A DNA stretch of 63,175 nucleotides, counting the filler, from Trichomonas gallinae (Eukaryota), in NCBI GenBank assembly GCA_008369845.1. It is 5 parts of 5 records of this genome, joined end to end, with 100 filler letters (N's around TTAATTAATTAA, not from the genome) between each part and the next. Parts side by side here need not be neighbours in the genome. Positions count along the whole stretch, not along the records: positions 13,822 to 37,047 come from MRSU01000050.1; 4 more parts are not named here. One strand, 5' to 3'. The notes below the pieces were generated by a model. It was not told the origin of the DNA. It did not search any database and saw only the letters and a list, made by a program, of their open reading frames with translations. Numbering within the stretch: the stretch's first letter is position 1; the number at the start of each line of letters is the position of its first letter. Shown one piece after another: positions 22,301 to 32,602 of the stretch. The position numbers were made by a program, and so were the translations under genes.

Positions 22301-25300
22301 GAAATCGACAAACTTTCTGACTCGTTTACTTTCCTCTTCCAAAAAATTGTCGACGGAATTGTTGACTCGTCCGGTTCATATCTTTCTTTGATCCTTTTAC
22401 AGATTCTCGCTGTTCCGACGCAGAACTTGATTTCGCCTCCAAACATCGAAAAGATGACTGTTGAACTCGCCAAATTCACAAGAAATGTCGTCAAGAAGCA
22501 TATAGAAGGAATCATTGCTTACAGAAACTCGTGGCGCTTAATTGCCGTCTGGTCTATTAAAAATCCGACAGAAGAAATCGTGAAAACGTTGAAGGAATTC
22601 GCAACCGATCCAAAAAGTGAAAGTTGCCAGCACAAAGCATTATATATCTTAGCGCTATTGACACAGCTCAAGGCAATTCCTTTCGCTGAACCATCATCTG
22701 TCATCAAGATAATGAAAGACGCAACGCCGAGAGTTATTGTTGCTTGCTTTGTCTGGCTTGAGCAGATTATTACTTCTATAAGCGATGTATCGAATTTCAA
22801 GGTGAATTTGCAGAACGAAGAAATGGATTTCGACAGATTCGTTGAATATATTTTGGAATGCATCGGATCTACAATGAGCGGATTATCCTGCCAGTTGATT
22901 AACGAATCCAGCTCATTCCAGAGTCATCACGTTATCACACAAGAATTAATCGCGTTCATAAGACTTTGCTCGAGAAAGCATTCAACAGTTCGCGACAGAG
23001 TCGTCAGCAAAATTCATCAGGAATTCGAGTCTTTTTCAGATGTCGTAGATTTCACGAACACAGATGTTTCTCGCGTTAAAATGCTTACCTCTATTTTCTC
23101 TATTCTTGGCTTCGAAGTAACAATGTATTCGCCGCACGGTTATGGTGTTTACACGTCAGGAAAAGGCGCCGAACAGCAGATAGTTAAAATCAACACATAT
23201 GATGCTATAACGTCGAAAATGCGCGTGATTCCTGTCTGCGAAACAGACGAGTCAGTGAATGAAACAGATGCTGACTATGTTATCCCTTCGTCGAGAATTC
23301 CTGTCAATCCACTAGATTTCGATTTAAGCGAGAAAGAGATGAAAGCAATTTCCAATTTCCACAATTATTCCCAAGAATATCTGAAGAAGAATAAGACACA
23401 GAACATGATCATGGAGTTCTGCATAGCTAATTTCTATTGCTTCCTTCCTGTTATCTTACAGTCACATCGCAACATCAATTTATTCATGGAGCAATTTCCA
23501 GTTGATTCTCTTTTTAAGATGGCTTCTTCGTCTACCAACGCTTCTAAAATCGAAAGCATCGGAAGGTTGATGCACAAGATCTGCAGGGCTTCGTCAAGAT
23601 CTTACGCTCTTAGCAAGGCAGGCGTCGAAGAACCGACAACAAATTTGTTGCCTTATTCACTTGTTTTCGATCATCCATCTTCGTTGAGTTTCGTGCCAAT
23701 GAGATTCGGCTCTGTAACAGGAAACGTCATCAAATCATCATTAAAGGACGAGTGTATATTCGTGGGAGATACTCCGATGCCTTCCAGTGTCTTATTCTAC
23801 TTTGAAATCACGATTAAAACGATCTCGAATCAAAACTTCCAAATCGGCATTTTGGAGAGTTGCTCAACAATTTTGGAGCATTCTTCATATACTTTCGATT
23901 TCAAGGCCGGCGTTCCTCGCGCTAAATTCCTTGGAGAGCACACTCCAACAGAGAACATCAAGATCAAGGCAGGCGATGTTATTGGTTGCGGATACACGAG
24001 AGATTCAGTCCTATTCTTCCACAACGGTTCGCCGATGAAAAGCGCAATTCCTGTTTTATCTTTATGCGATTTCGTTCCTGTTATTATCACTAACAAGTGT
24101 CCAATGAATATAACGTACAATTTCGGCGAACTGCCTTTTGTCGCTGATGTTATTTCTTCACCATTATTCGACATAAAATCTGACTGTTTGAGAAGAGTTG
24201 ACGTACCTATTCCGACTACTTCAATTTCATATCCAACAGCCAACGATGAAAGTGCTTTAGACGATTTCCTAGAGCAAGGCGATGCATTGTGGGGAGTTCC
24301 GGCGCAATATTCATCAGACAAACCAGGAGCTTTCCACACTCCAACGAATACTCACGAAATTGCAACAGATCTTTACACGGAATTCACAATAACAGATCCA
24401 CCACAGAACGTTGCACACTTCATGCTCGGCCAGCCCGTGATGATAGCAAGGCGCTCACTCAACCAGCAGCAGTCTTTGAGCAGATCATTCACTTTCACCC
24501 CACCGGAAGTCGACATAAGAATTAACAAGTTCGGAACAATCACAGAAATCGCGCACGATAGAATAGCAACTGAAATCGACATTTTAACTGTCCAAATAGT
24601 AGATCCAGGAATCGGAGAATCGTCAACAGTTAAAGTAGACTCAAGATTTGTTGACCCGATCAACTGCAAACTCTTAGACATCAGCCAGCAACACTCGCAT
24701 CAAAGATTGTTGTCGCCAAAAGGAAATCCAAAGCAAAGATATATAGCGCTCAAAGAAATCAAGTCTTTGCAATTCAAGTTCATGAGAAACTTAAGCCTCT
24801 ACATGTCAAGATACACAGCAATGATCATCTTCAATCATGTAAGATTGTCAGGCGACATAAAGCAGCTCGAATCAGATATAATAGTCAACATATTCAAACT
24901 TTTCCTTTTGGAAGTTGCCAAATTCACTCCGAACATCAAAGTCCACAAAGAATGGGACAGCAACGAAGCCCTGCAGTTCAACATGCTCGAGGAAGAGCCA
25001 GTGAGGAATGTAACTGCAGATGACCCACTCTATTCATGCCCAGGCGATTTGAAGAAGTTCAACAAACTAATCAGAGCGTTTTTGATGGCTAAAGAAGTCA
25101 GAGAGTCGAACTTCATTGCTATATTACTCGAAAGCTGCCTGAAAGATTTGAATTCGAGTAGATTAAACGTCGCGTCAGACATTTTCGAAATAATCAAGCC
25201 ATGGATGGTGTTAGAGAGCTGGCATCCGATGCCGCTAACAAGCATTCACGCAACAATTAAAGTCCCGAAGAACTGCGTCGGCTTCATTCCTGTAGTACAC

Positions 25301-27907
25301 CCGATGCAGTCAATCGGCGACACCGGCATCAAAATCGGCAACTGCACTTTCGTCGACAGCCACAGCGACACGCAACTGTTTACGACAGACACGAAGATCT
25401 CTTACGACGGCAGGGAGAGCAAAGACTTGTACGGCATGAAGATGGCTTTCTTCGTTGTTCCTAAACGAATACCAGATAGATACAATGGAACACCACTTGG
25501 AGCAATTCATTGCTTGATTTACATCTTGAGTCACGTTTTCTCTTATTCAGATATCAGCCCCTCACTTGTTGCTTTCATCAAGCAGAGAGTCTTCACTGCT
25601 GTGACAGCAGCCTGCAGTGTTGGAAATTTCTTCTGCGATGTTTTCTCAGGTTCTATTTTGGCGCCGATTTTGACATCTCTCAACTGGATAAACTCAGATT
25701 TGACTCCGCAAATTCGACAGGCATTCGATGGATTTAGTTCCAGATACGAATACACTATCACTGAATGGGCTCCTCTCAGTTATCACGCGCAGCAGAGCCT
25801 TGTCATGAGAGTCTTCACAAAATTGCTGGTTTTAGATACAATGGCAGCAGCGATAAATGACGTGAACGATAAAGAGAAAATTGCTAATTTATATGATGCT
25901 TATATTCAAGCGGCAACAACTACAAAGGAAACAATAGTTTTCGAGCAGATGACTCACGCGTTTGCAATTCTCTGCGCTTTAGGATTCAGCCTCCAAATTC
26001 CAATTAAATTCCCTGCATATATAATTGCTCAGTGCTGGGCAGAAAGCTTCGAGTTGAATTATTCACTCAAGATATCTGAGAAGAACAAATTCTCAGAGTT
26101 CCCATCAATGAAGGCAGCTGAGATCAGGCTGGCTGAAGAGAGCCATCTTCCTCCAGATTGTGTCGTTGCTGTCGAACCAACTGTTGGCGATGTTACTTTC
26201 ATCACCCCAGGCGAACATGTATTGTCTACAGCTTCATTCACTACAAGGGTTGTTTCTAAGTCAGGTCACGAAGAATATGATGGAGCTGAAGAGTTCTTCT
26301 ACATTTTACACATAACTTGCACTCCATTGACACACAACGCGAAGAGAAAAGTTTTCGTTGACAACTACCAGACGTTTTTGAATGACGCAAACTTCATGTC
26401 GAAGAAGTGGCACTCTAGATATGACGAAACATTAAGGAAGATCTTGAAGAGTGACCCAAGCTTGTTCAACAAGATTCCTCTTAAAATACCAGCATTAGTT
26501 TTGGCTTCCAATCCATCCATCGCAACAATTTCTCCACTTTTGTTGAGATGCAGAGTTTTCCTGTTCTATTCATTGGATCAGTGCATCTCTGACATTGTCA
26601 AAGTCGTGGAATTCGGCAGCGAAGGATCATTATTGAATAACATATTCAACAGCTGCAGGGCAGCAGTCGCGACACAGTTCAAGATGAGGACTTTGGAGTC
26701 TGTTGTTCTCAAGGGAATCGAAGACGCTCCTCCTCTGCCTTTCTACAGGTTCAACAGGTTCAAAGCTGCTTTACACAGAGCCAGACCGACGAATCCGAAT
26801 GGAGAATCGATCCTTTCACAGTTCATCCACCAGACTCCTCTAGAAAAGATTCCGGCACTCAAGCGAGTTTCAGTTCCATGGAGAGTCGACTTGGTTGGCG
26901 AAGGAGCAACAGATTTAGGCGGACCAGGCAGAGATTTGTTCACAGAAGCATGCATGGAAATCATGGATCCGTCGATGCAGCTGTTCATCCAAACTCCGAA
27001 CAAGCGACACAAGATTGCGACAGCGCAAGACTACTTGATTCCTAATCCGGCGCCTTTGACCCCTCAGTCTCGCGATTTCTTCTTCTTCGCTGGTGTTTTG
27101 ATGACAATTTGCTACACTTCTAGGCTCCCAGAGCCATTCAAGTTCGCAAGATTCGTCTGGAACTCGCTGACACAGAGGCCTGTTACATTGGATGACATCT
27201 ATGAAATCGACAGCAACTTCAAGCAGTTCATTTCTTCAATCGAAAACTCAGCAAATCTGTCAGCATCAGATTTCCAAAGTACTTTCATGCTCAATTTCAC
27301 AGCAGAGAACTCATTGGGTCAGATAGTCGAATTAATTCCAGGTGGTTCTCTTATTCCTGTTACAAGCGACAGGAGACTCGAATTTTTGCAGAAAATCAAG
27401 AAATTCAGAGTCAAAGAGTTTAATGACACTTTAGTCCAGCTGAGAAGAGGTTTTAATTTCTTCTTCCCGGCTCCTGCTGCATCTATTCTTGCTCCTTGGG
27501 AGCTAGAATTAATCATCTGCGGTGACAATGAGTGCCCTATCGAAGACATGAAGAAGAACTGCAGCTACCCAGCCAACGATCCAGGTTCAACAATGTTGTG
27601 GGACGCATTGGAAGGATTCACGCCAGAAGAGAGGATGTTGTTCATCAAGTTCGGAACAGGAAGAATGGGTCTGCCTCCGCCTGGCTCGAAGTGGATGACA
27701 CCGCTGCAGATTCAATTCAAGATCTCAGAGGCACCAGATGCGCAGAAGCCTCTTCCAACAGCTATGACATGCAACTCAACAATGATTATCCCAAGATATT
27801 CAACAGTAGAAATGATGGAGAAGAAGATCAGGACTGCCATCACATTCGGCGCTGACATCCAACAAGATCACGCCGCAAACTTTGATGATGTTGTACAATT
27901 CACTTAG
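19307..27907 (+). CDS. Giant HECT E3 ubiquitin ligase with CUB-like and SPRY domains, 2866 aa
   Basis: CUB-like ETPHNYPD...FDPKCHTELGSDVLKIY...FQSDQSVNYWG, SPRY FYFEITI...GDVIGCGY...FFHNG...YNFGELPF, and HECT GEGATDLGGPGRD...LFIKFGTG...LPTAMTCNSTMIIPRYS with the catalytic Cys. Confidence 0.92.
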   Translation: MGITESTPENNQDIDYMRPENFFSVHNIENIRMDFKKVDPLAKLGLPLPDPVLLSTVIEKILSGQRNNSEDLSQKNVEKLFFEPLIADSDSHIERAKTYNKYFDHMTNLISKAIDDEETQINTNFTELAKNFTSLNKTRSTSTRFLESVLSTSFEVIFDNLNVLTPQDVINFLDQTLEMLQPDKENSLNGISSPVIQSLLRFALKIGTYPCFQTIDIQCRIVMFLFKLGIAQSNISGCISALTYLLTLSPTGQFAIDIPDVRTELFGICKNEDFSAGDGFHFEPIEVRQFTQPTFKCIIENLSANLMKDLNIQIEGLLNGSITHSGEFFSFVADSNDEVIALSLNLVEEAYAQQNYSAKLRTELITLGLKIISLNIFKYCLNFSRPERMVEESDINLFNKIIAIIEKCTFSEFAHQSSGIIEASISIIAFSFRYLYFPNFVKFTTYVQNILDDNILCDQFMKNVFVFLDRSPLVYMFCPRFIELLPNYATKLAILNTYISALNLLTSELQYIENGNAKQNGGYIAPLVSASMKYAADLIKEGNLADGTFLLKHIIFRVVTIDTFPLIAAGFLSHVHDVVDPLVTRCKLNQSSVKADADFQRIVPQEFSVKKISQTIETPHNYPDEDFREWLIDFKGASSINFKFDPKCHTELGSDVLKIYDSLKDGNVIHTLSGASSQWPESLDVPYSQVRVTFQSDQSVNYWGVKCEASALIPKLEHPPQFDASLFFLNFIFYTTGRLLLIKLQSLELESQETEYKGVIESRFMQKSNVSHISEKEKDFLEKILTEQHNPKFIDYMNTVVKILVKTKPTPENIQAERYTVAALLYQNKLLSDALEIENILNENKKPENVPNSMKSVWRTLKTIKLDMFQSAQKSAELEREPKTMRENYPQFIKQIVIKCKILLSSESVVQNSEEFNDKNLDDLRAFITSDVDIEKINAIIERRRMRLAIRRETIDFLRDIICDQNLFGTSKISAILPLHQALSIVANISDVKGVSKEEIDKLSDSFTFLFQKIVDGIVDSSGSYLSLILLQILAVPTQNLISPPNIEKMTVELAKFTRNVVKKHIEGIIAYRNSWRLIAVWSIKNPTEEIVKTLKEFATDPKSESCQHKALYILALLTQLKAIPFAEPSSVIKIMKDATPRVIVACFVWLEQIITSISDVSNFKVNLQNEEMDFDRFVEYILECIGSTMSGLSCQLINESSSFQSHHVITQELIAFIRLCSRKHSTVRDRVVSKIHQEFESFSDVVDFTNTDVSRVKMLTSIFSILGFEVTMYSPHGYGVYTSGKGAEQQIVKINTYDAITSKMRVIPVCETDESVNETDADYVIPSSRIPVNPLDFDLSEKEMKAISNFHNYSQEYLKKNKTQNMIMEFCIANFYCFLPVILQSHRNINLFMEQFPVDSLFKMASSSTNASKIESIGRLMHKICRASSRSYALSKAGVEEPTTNLLPYSLVFDHPSSLSFVPMRFGSVTGNVIKSSLKDECIFVGDTPMPSSVLFYFEITIKTISNQNFQIGILESCSTILEHSSYTFDFKAGVPRAKFLGEHTPTENIKIKAGDVIGCGYTRDSVLFFHNGSPMKSAIPVLSLCDFVPVIITNKCPMNITYNFGELPFVADVISSPLFDIKSDCLRRVDVPIPTTSISYPTANDESALDDFLEQGDALWGVPAQYSSDKPGAFHTPTNTHEIATDLYTEFTITDPPQNVAHFMLGQPVMIARRSLNQQQSLSRSFTFTPPEVDIRINKFGTITEIAHDRIATEIDILTVQIVDPGIGESSTVKVDSRFVDPINCKLLDISQQHSHQRLLSPKGNPKQRYIALKEIKSLQFKFMRNLSLYMSRYTAMIIFNHVRLSGDIKQLESDIIVNIFKLFLLEVAKFTPNIKVHKEWDSNEALQFNMLEEEPVRNVTADDPLYSCPGDLKKFNKLIRAFLMAKEVRESNFIAILLESCLKDLNSSRLNVASDIFEIIKPWMVLESWHPMPLTSIHATIKVPKNCVGFIPVVHPMQSIGDTGIKIGNCTFVDSHSDTQLFTTDTKISYDGRESKDLYGMKMAFFVVPKRIPDRYNGTPLGAIHCLIYILSHVFSYSDISPSLVAFIKQRVFTAVTAACSVGNFFCDVFSGSILAPILTSLNWINSDLTPQIRQAFDGFSSRYEYTITEWAPLSYHAQQSLVMRVFTKLLVLDTMAAAINDVNDKEKIANLYDAYIQAATTTKETIVFEQMTHAFAILCALGFSLQIPIKFPAYIIAQCWAESFELNYSLKISEKNKFSEFPSMKAAEIRLAEESHLPPDCVVAVEPTVGDVTFITPGEHVLSTASFTTRVVSKSGHEEYDGAEEFFYILHITCTPLTHNAKRKVFVDNYQTFLNDANFMSKKWHSRYDETLRKILKSDPSLFNKIPLKIPALVLASNPSIATISPLLLRCRVFLFYSLDQCISDIVKVVEFGSEGSLLNNIFNSCRAAVATQFKMRTLESVVLKGIEDAPPLPFYRFNRFKAALHRARPTNPNGESILSQFIHQTPLEKIPALKRVSVPWRVDLVGEGATDLGGPGRDLFTEACMEIMDPSMQLFIQTPNKRHKIATAQDYLIPNPAPLTPQSRDFFFFAGVLMTICYTSRLPEPFKFARFVWNSLTQRPVTLDDIYEIDSNFKQFISSIENSANLSASDFQSTFMLNFTAENSLGQIVELIPGGSLIPVTSDRRLEFLQKIKKFRVKEFNDTLVQLRRGFNFFFPAPAASILAPWELELIICGDNECPIEDMKKNCSYPANDPGSTMLWDALEGFTPEERMLFIKFGTGRMGLPPPGSKWMTPLQIQFKISEAPDAQKPLPTAMTCNSTMIIPRYSTVEMMEKKIRTAITFGADIQQDHAANFDDVVQFT

Positions 27908-28184
27908 TGTTTTGTGCTTAATGATTGGTTGATAAATAAATGGTTATTATATTTATTTACATAAGGATATCAATATTTGTTCAGCAATATCATTAATAAA
28001 CTTCTTTTTATTAATTGTTGATTGTAGAACAATAACATTTAACGACAAGTTGATTTGATAGAAAAATAATATTGACTCTATTCAAAATCATATAACATAG
28101 GAATTTTGTTTTGTTAACAAAACTATTAATGATTTTGTAATTAATAAAAAATATGTATTTCAACAAAGTATATAAACAAACAAT

Positions 28185-30908
28185 TTATGAATAAGATGCT
28201 GATATTGTGATTTCATCTTCTCCTTCTTCTGTCAGATAATATCCGATTAAAATTTTATCACCCTTTCTGAGGAAATCCCAGTTGGCAATATTTAAAGTGA
28301 ACGAATTTGGTGTCACATCTCCAAAATCGCATTTCATTGACGTACAGTCAGCATCAGAAAATGTTGGTAGTTTGTTGGCCCTGTAAAAGTAGTCAAATTT
28401 TTTGTTGTTTTTCGTTGACAAATTAACAGTAATTATACTATTTGACTTCAGTGTTGGAATGTCTATGCACAGGTAATGCAGATCATATGATGATATCTCT
28501 TTGATGTGAACCTGGTCGTCCTGAATACGATCTGCATTTACATGGCATTTGTTAATTTTTTGACACTTGCAAAATCCATTGTAGCAAGCTTCATTGTCTG
28601 GACACTTTCTTAAGCATGGAGTATTGTTAACTTCTTCCATTGTAAAAGCAGTTGAGTTCTCATCAAACATGTTGAAAGGCCCTGACATTACTAAGGAATA
28701 ATGCACAGAGTCGTCATCATATTCTTGCTTCAAGATAATATAAATTTCAATAATTTCTCCTTCTGTTACGTTGATTTCGACTCTTTTGATTGTGCTGTGC
28801 ACATCTGAATAATCCTGGTTTAGTTTTCTATTTCCGATGACAAAATCATTACCTCTGAAAACTCTAATATCAAGAAAATGAGAAATGTCAGTATTTCTGT
28901 GATAATCTGACAAAGGATCCATCCAACACAAAGTTGCCCTAAACAAACCATCTTTTTGTGGCACAAATGTAAACTTGTGGGACTTTTCTGGACTAATTGT
29001 CATGTTTGGATAGATTTTTGTTCCCGTATCACTGTTGTTTATCTGCATGAATTTGTTAAGATGTGGAATTCCATATCCACCTTCTTTTTCTGTCACGTTT
29101 TCTGGTAGCTCCGCTGTGTTAACTAATATGGCTCTTATCAATGTGCTGCATGGTTCAATGGCATTATCTGGATTAGGACTTCCAAGCGGGTACCAGCCTT
29201 CTCTCAGCCACTGACTTAAAATCAAAATGTTGCCAACTGCAAATGCAGCAGCAACTGATGAACCTTCAGCAACAATCAAACCATCGAATGCGCAAACCCT
29301 TTGTCCTGTTGGATGCGCACGAGGTGCATAAGCTGGTCCACCTGGCATGATAATATCTGGTTTCCTCCTGTAATAATTAACTGGGCCATTTGCGCTTACA
29401 ACTTTTGTTTCCCTCGTAAAATTAAATTCTGGAGTTATAACTATCCTGCTGCTCAATCTAAATTTCTGCCTATCTTGTGCTTTAATTCTTATTACTGATG
29501 TTCTTAATCTTTTTCCATTATAGTCTTTACCATGAAAAGCAAGAACTATTCCTGCATTTGTTAAATCTTCAAGATTTCCTTCGCCGAATTCGTCGATGAA
29601 ACCATCTCCTGGACTGACACCTATTAAAATTCCTTTAGTACAAACATCATTGCTTAGTCCACTGTAAGCTAGAGATTCCAAAAATGGAACACCAGCATTT
29701 AAATCGCAATATCCATAAACAACTTTTTTCCCGTCAATAACAATTTTAACTGATGAATTTTTCGACTCTTGGTGCTCTAAATATGATGGGAAAGACAAAG
29801 CTCCAACAGCAAGAACATTCTTCGAGTCTGCTGGTGATCGAATTTCTTCTCCATCTCCGCTGGCAAAAACTATTGTCATATTAGGATTATCGAAGGCAAG
29901 CTGATCAATTGCACGCGTGATTAATTTCGACTGTTCATAGGACCATGCATTCAACTGAGCAACGCAACCAGCCATATGAGGAATCTCAAACAATTCGCTG
30001 ATGTTTGATGGAAAGTCTAAATTCCCTTCACTATTTATTACGTCCTGTATAACTAAACGAGCTACAGGTGCAACACCATCGTAAAAAGTACCACCACATA
30101 TTTTCTTTTGTTTGTTTTTACAGCTTGCTTTTCCAGCAACGATTCCTGCTACAATAGTTCCATGGCCATCAGCTAAATCGTCATCATCAGAGTATGGAAG
30201 ATAAGCAGCAATTTTTCTGTGTGTATTTGAAAAAGAATCATATGGAATTTCTGCTTTATCCCTAAACCAGCATGAATTCACATCTAAACCTGTATCAGCT
30301 ATGGCAGCTAGTTGTCCATTTCCATTTAATCCGAGTTCATTGTAGATGCTAGATGCGCTGAATGGATAATCCTTGTTTCTAAGCATATCTATTTCGTCTG
30401 AAAGTATTGCAGTTCTTAAATATCGTGAATGAAGCAATGGTTTTGATAATTGTTGAAACTCTTTAACACATTTATTGCTTTTGAGTATATTTTCTGTGTG
30501 TATTTGAGATAAATTCGAATGAAATGCAATTATATTTTTTCCGAAATGTTTTGTTTCAAAAGGTAATTGGCAACCATTATCTATCTCTGCTATATATAAA
30601 TATGTTTCACTTGATGATTTTTCGTGTGAAATTTTATTTCGCGAATCAAAATCTTGAATGAATCTGTTTGTATTATCATATTTTAAGTTTTTAGATGTAA
30701 TTATTTGATTATATGATCCAAAATTTGTATTATCTCGCTGAAAGAAAATAGTTTGATTCGAAATTTCAGAATCTCGGCTGCTTTTCATATGAAAACATTG
30801 AGTACTACAATTTTCTGTGTTGATTAGATGATCTTCTCCATTCTTTACGTTTCTATTATCACTAAAACAATAAAAAATAAAGAAGAAAATCATAATGAAA
30901 AGTGACAT
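28185..30908 (-). CDS. Subtilisin-like serine peptidase (clan SB, family S8), secreted, 907 aa
   Basis: Signal peptide, triad motifs IADTGLD, HGTIVAG and EGSSVAA, KPDIIMPG, GYGIP, C-terminal beta domain and EGF-like Cys cluster. Confidence 0.9.
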   Translation of the reverse strand: MSLFIMIFFFIFYCFSDNRNVKNGEDHLINTENCSTQCFHMKSSRDSEISNQTIFFQRDNTNFGSYNQIITSKNLKYDNTNRFIQDFDSRNKISHEKSSSETYLYIAEIDNGCQLPFETKHFGKNIIAFHSNLSQIHTENILKSNKCVKEFQQLSKPLLHSRYLRTAILSDEIDMLRNKDYPFSASSIYNELGLNGNGQLAAIADTGLDVNSCWFRDKAEIPYDSFSNTHRKIAAYLPYSDDDDLADGHGTIVAGIVAGKASCKNKQKKICGGTFYDGVAPVARLVIQDVINSEGNLDFPSNISELFEIPHMAGCVAQLNAWSYEQSKLITRAIDQLAFDNPNMTIVFASGDGEEIRSPADSKNVLAVGALSFPSYLEHQESKNSSVKIVIDGKKVVYGYCDLNAGVPFLESLAYSGLSNDVCTKGILIGVSPGDGFIDEFGEGNLEDLTNAGIVLAFHGKDYNGKRLRTSVIRIKAQDRQKFRLSSRIVITPEFNFTRETKVVSANGPVNYYRRKPDIIMPGGPAYAPRAHPTGQRVCAFDGLIVAEGSSVAAAFAVGNILILSQWLREGWYPLGSPNPDNAIEPCSTLIRAILVNTAELPENVTEKEGGYGIPHLNKFMQINNSDTGTKIYPNMTISPEKSHKFTFVPQKDGLFRATLCWMDPLSDYHRNTDISHFLDIRVFRGNDFVIGNRKLNQDYSDVHSTIKRVEINVTEGEIIEIYIILKQEYDDDSVHYSLVMSGPFNMFDENSTAFTMEEVNNTPCLRKCPDNEACYNGFCKCQKINKCHVNADRIQDDQVHIKEISSYDLHYLCIDIPTLKSNSIITVNLSTKNNKKFDYFYRANKLPTFSDADCTSMKCDFGDVTPNSFTLNIANWDFLRKGDKILIGYYLTEEGEDEITISASYS

Positions 30909-31033
30909 TAAATTTACATGACAAAAACAGTTTTGACATGTAAAGTTATATTTTCGCCAAAATAAATTTTATTTGTCAATCATAAAAAAAATAGCAATTT
31001 AATAGATGATAAATCAAAGTCACATGACATGAT

Positions 31034-31567
31034 TTATTTGTAATCTTCCTCGAATTTGATCAAAAATACAACTCTATCAGGATAAGTATTTTCTTCTGGA
31101 TTTGGAATTGCTGTAACCTTGCACTTGAAACCAGATGAGCAGAGAATTCCCTGGATAATTCCAGCAACAAAGCTGCAGCATGTGAATGTTTTACGGATTT
31201 CTTGTGGATATGATATATATGTTGTAATCATTGGGTTATTATCATAAAGCATGTAGCAGTTAGCATCATCGATTTGCTGTTCGAGATCAGCAGCTGAATA
31301 ACCAAAAAGATATTGCCAAATTTTGTCTTTAAGCTGGAGGAGCATTGGAACAGCCTTTGATTGGCGTTTGTAACCAGTGCTAGATGATTGTTCTAAAACT
31401 TCGAGGATCGTGCAGCCGATTGGATAACCCATATCAGATAATTGTTGAGAAAACTGCTCAGCGGACTCAGATTTTTGGTGGCAGTACTGGACTATTTCGC
31501 TAAAAAGCAAAGCATAAGTCTGTTTCGGAATGTTCGTCTTTTTATCTGGAAGCTGCTTTGAGCTCAT
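31034..31567 (-). CDS. TRAPPC5: TRAPP complex subunit Trs31/TRAPPC5 (Bet3 family)
   Basis: ALLFSEIVQYC...LSDMGYPIG...IWQYLFG...CCSFVAGIIQGILCSSGFKCKVTA. Confidence 0.88.
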   Translation of the reverse strand: MSSKQLPDKKTNIPKQTYALLFSEIVQYCHQKSESAEQFSQQLSDMGYPIGCTILEVLEQSSSTGYKRQSKAVPMLLQLKDKIWQYLFGYSAADLEQQIDDANCYMLYDNNPMITTYISYPQEIRKTFTCCSFVAGIIQGILCSSGFKCKVTAIPNPEENTYPDRVVFLIKFEEDYK

Positions 31568-32158
31568 TTTTTATTGTCACTTTTTCACTTGACAGATGAA
31601 TAATTTTTTATTTTGCAGAAAATCTTGTGGATATTGTATTATAAACACCTACTATATGTATTTTTCAACTTTATTTTGCATTTTATTCATTATTTGTTTT
31701 ATTTAATAATTTTATATAATCAGGCTCTAATAAAACATAAGTATCTGGATTATTTAGGTATAGACTCCCCAAATTACAATACACCTGCAATATGCTTATG
31801 AATATTGAATATAACTAGTTATTGAGCTATTATATACCCATTTTCTTTGGTAAATCATTTTTAAAATGCAATATAAAATCACTGCTGCTTTTGCAAGTTA
31901 TAAATTCATAAATTCATTAGGAATCAAAATCTTTTTGTGAAATAGCAATAAAGAAAGTAAATGTTTCATCTCTGACTGGAGTTTTATTCATATTTCAATG
32001 ATTATGATTTGTATTTAATAATGAAATAAATATTTTGGAAATGTTTTATTTAATTGCAGTGAGATTAAATAGTGAGGTGATGTGAATCCATATGATAAAT
32101 TTAGCTTTATTCCATATTCAAAACAAATACATATATGGAGAAGATTACTCTTGAAAAT

Positions 32159-32602
32159 TTAAATATCTCTGCAGATTTCCTTGACATTGGCTGTTGGTGC
32201 ATAAATTACGACCCATTTGAGGCACCAAACTCCATCGAGACATTCAAATTGCCATTCGCCTGTTTCATTAGTAAAATTAAATGATCCTTTTGGATTCTGA
32301 CCATCGATAGCTTGGTGGAGCTCTGATCCGAGGAGAGAAGCTTTGACGATCTCAGTTCTCTGAGCAGAGTAACCTTCATTAACTTCGAGTATGAAGCAAA
32401 TGTTAAGTGTATCGGTTGATGTAAGTGGGAATGGTGGAATATCGTTAGTATATAAACCAATCATTGCTGGAGCATCTGGAACGGACTTTTTAACTCTAAC
32501 GTCAAAGAAGACATGGCCACCCATATCATTAATTTGAAGTGTACCTGTCCAAAAAACGTTTTTATCGAGGGATAAACGCTGAAGTTGATTTGCTGTAGTC
32601 AT
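32159..32602 (-). CDS. Hypothetical protein, 147 aa, beta-rich
   Basis: Clean ATG-TAA ORF with coding-like composition and Inr-like TCACTTT about 40 nt upstream. No family recognised. Confidence 0.75.
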   Translation of the reverse strand: MTTANQLQRLSLDKNVFWTGTLQINDMGGHVFFDVRVKKSVPDAPAMIGLYTNDIPPFPLTSTDTLNICFILEVNEGYSAQRTEIVKASLLGSELHQAIDGQNPKGSFNFTNETGEWQFECLDGVWCLKWVVIYAPTANVKEICRDI

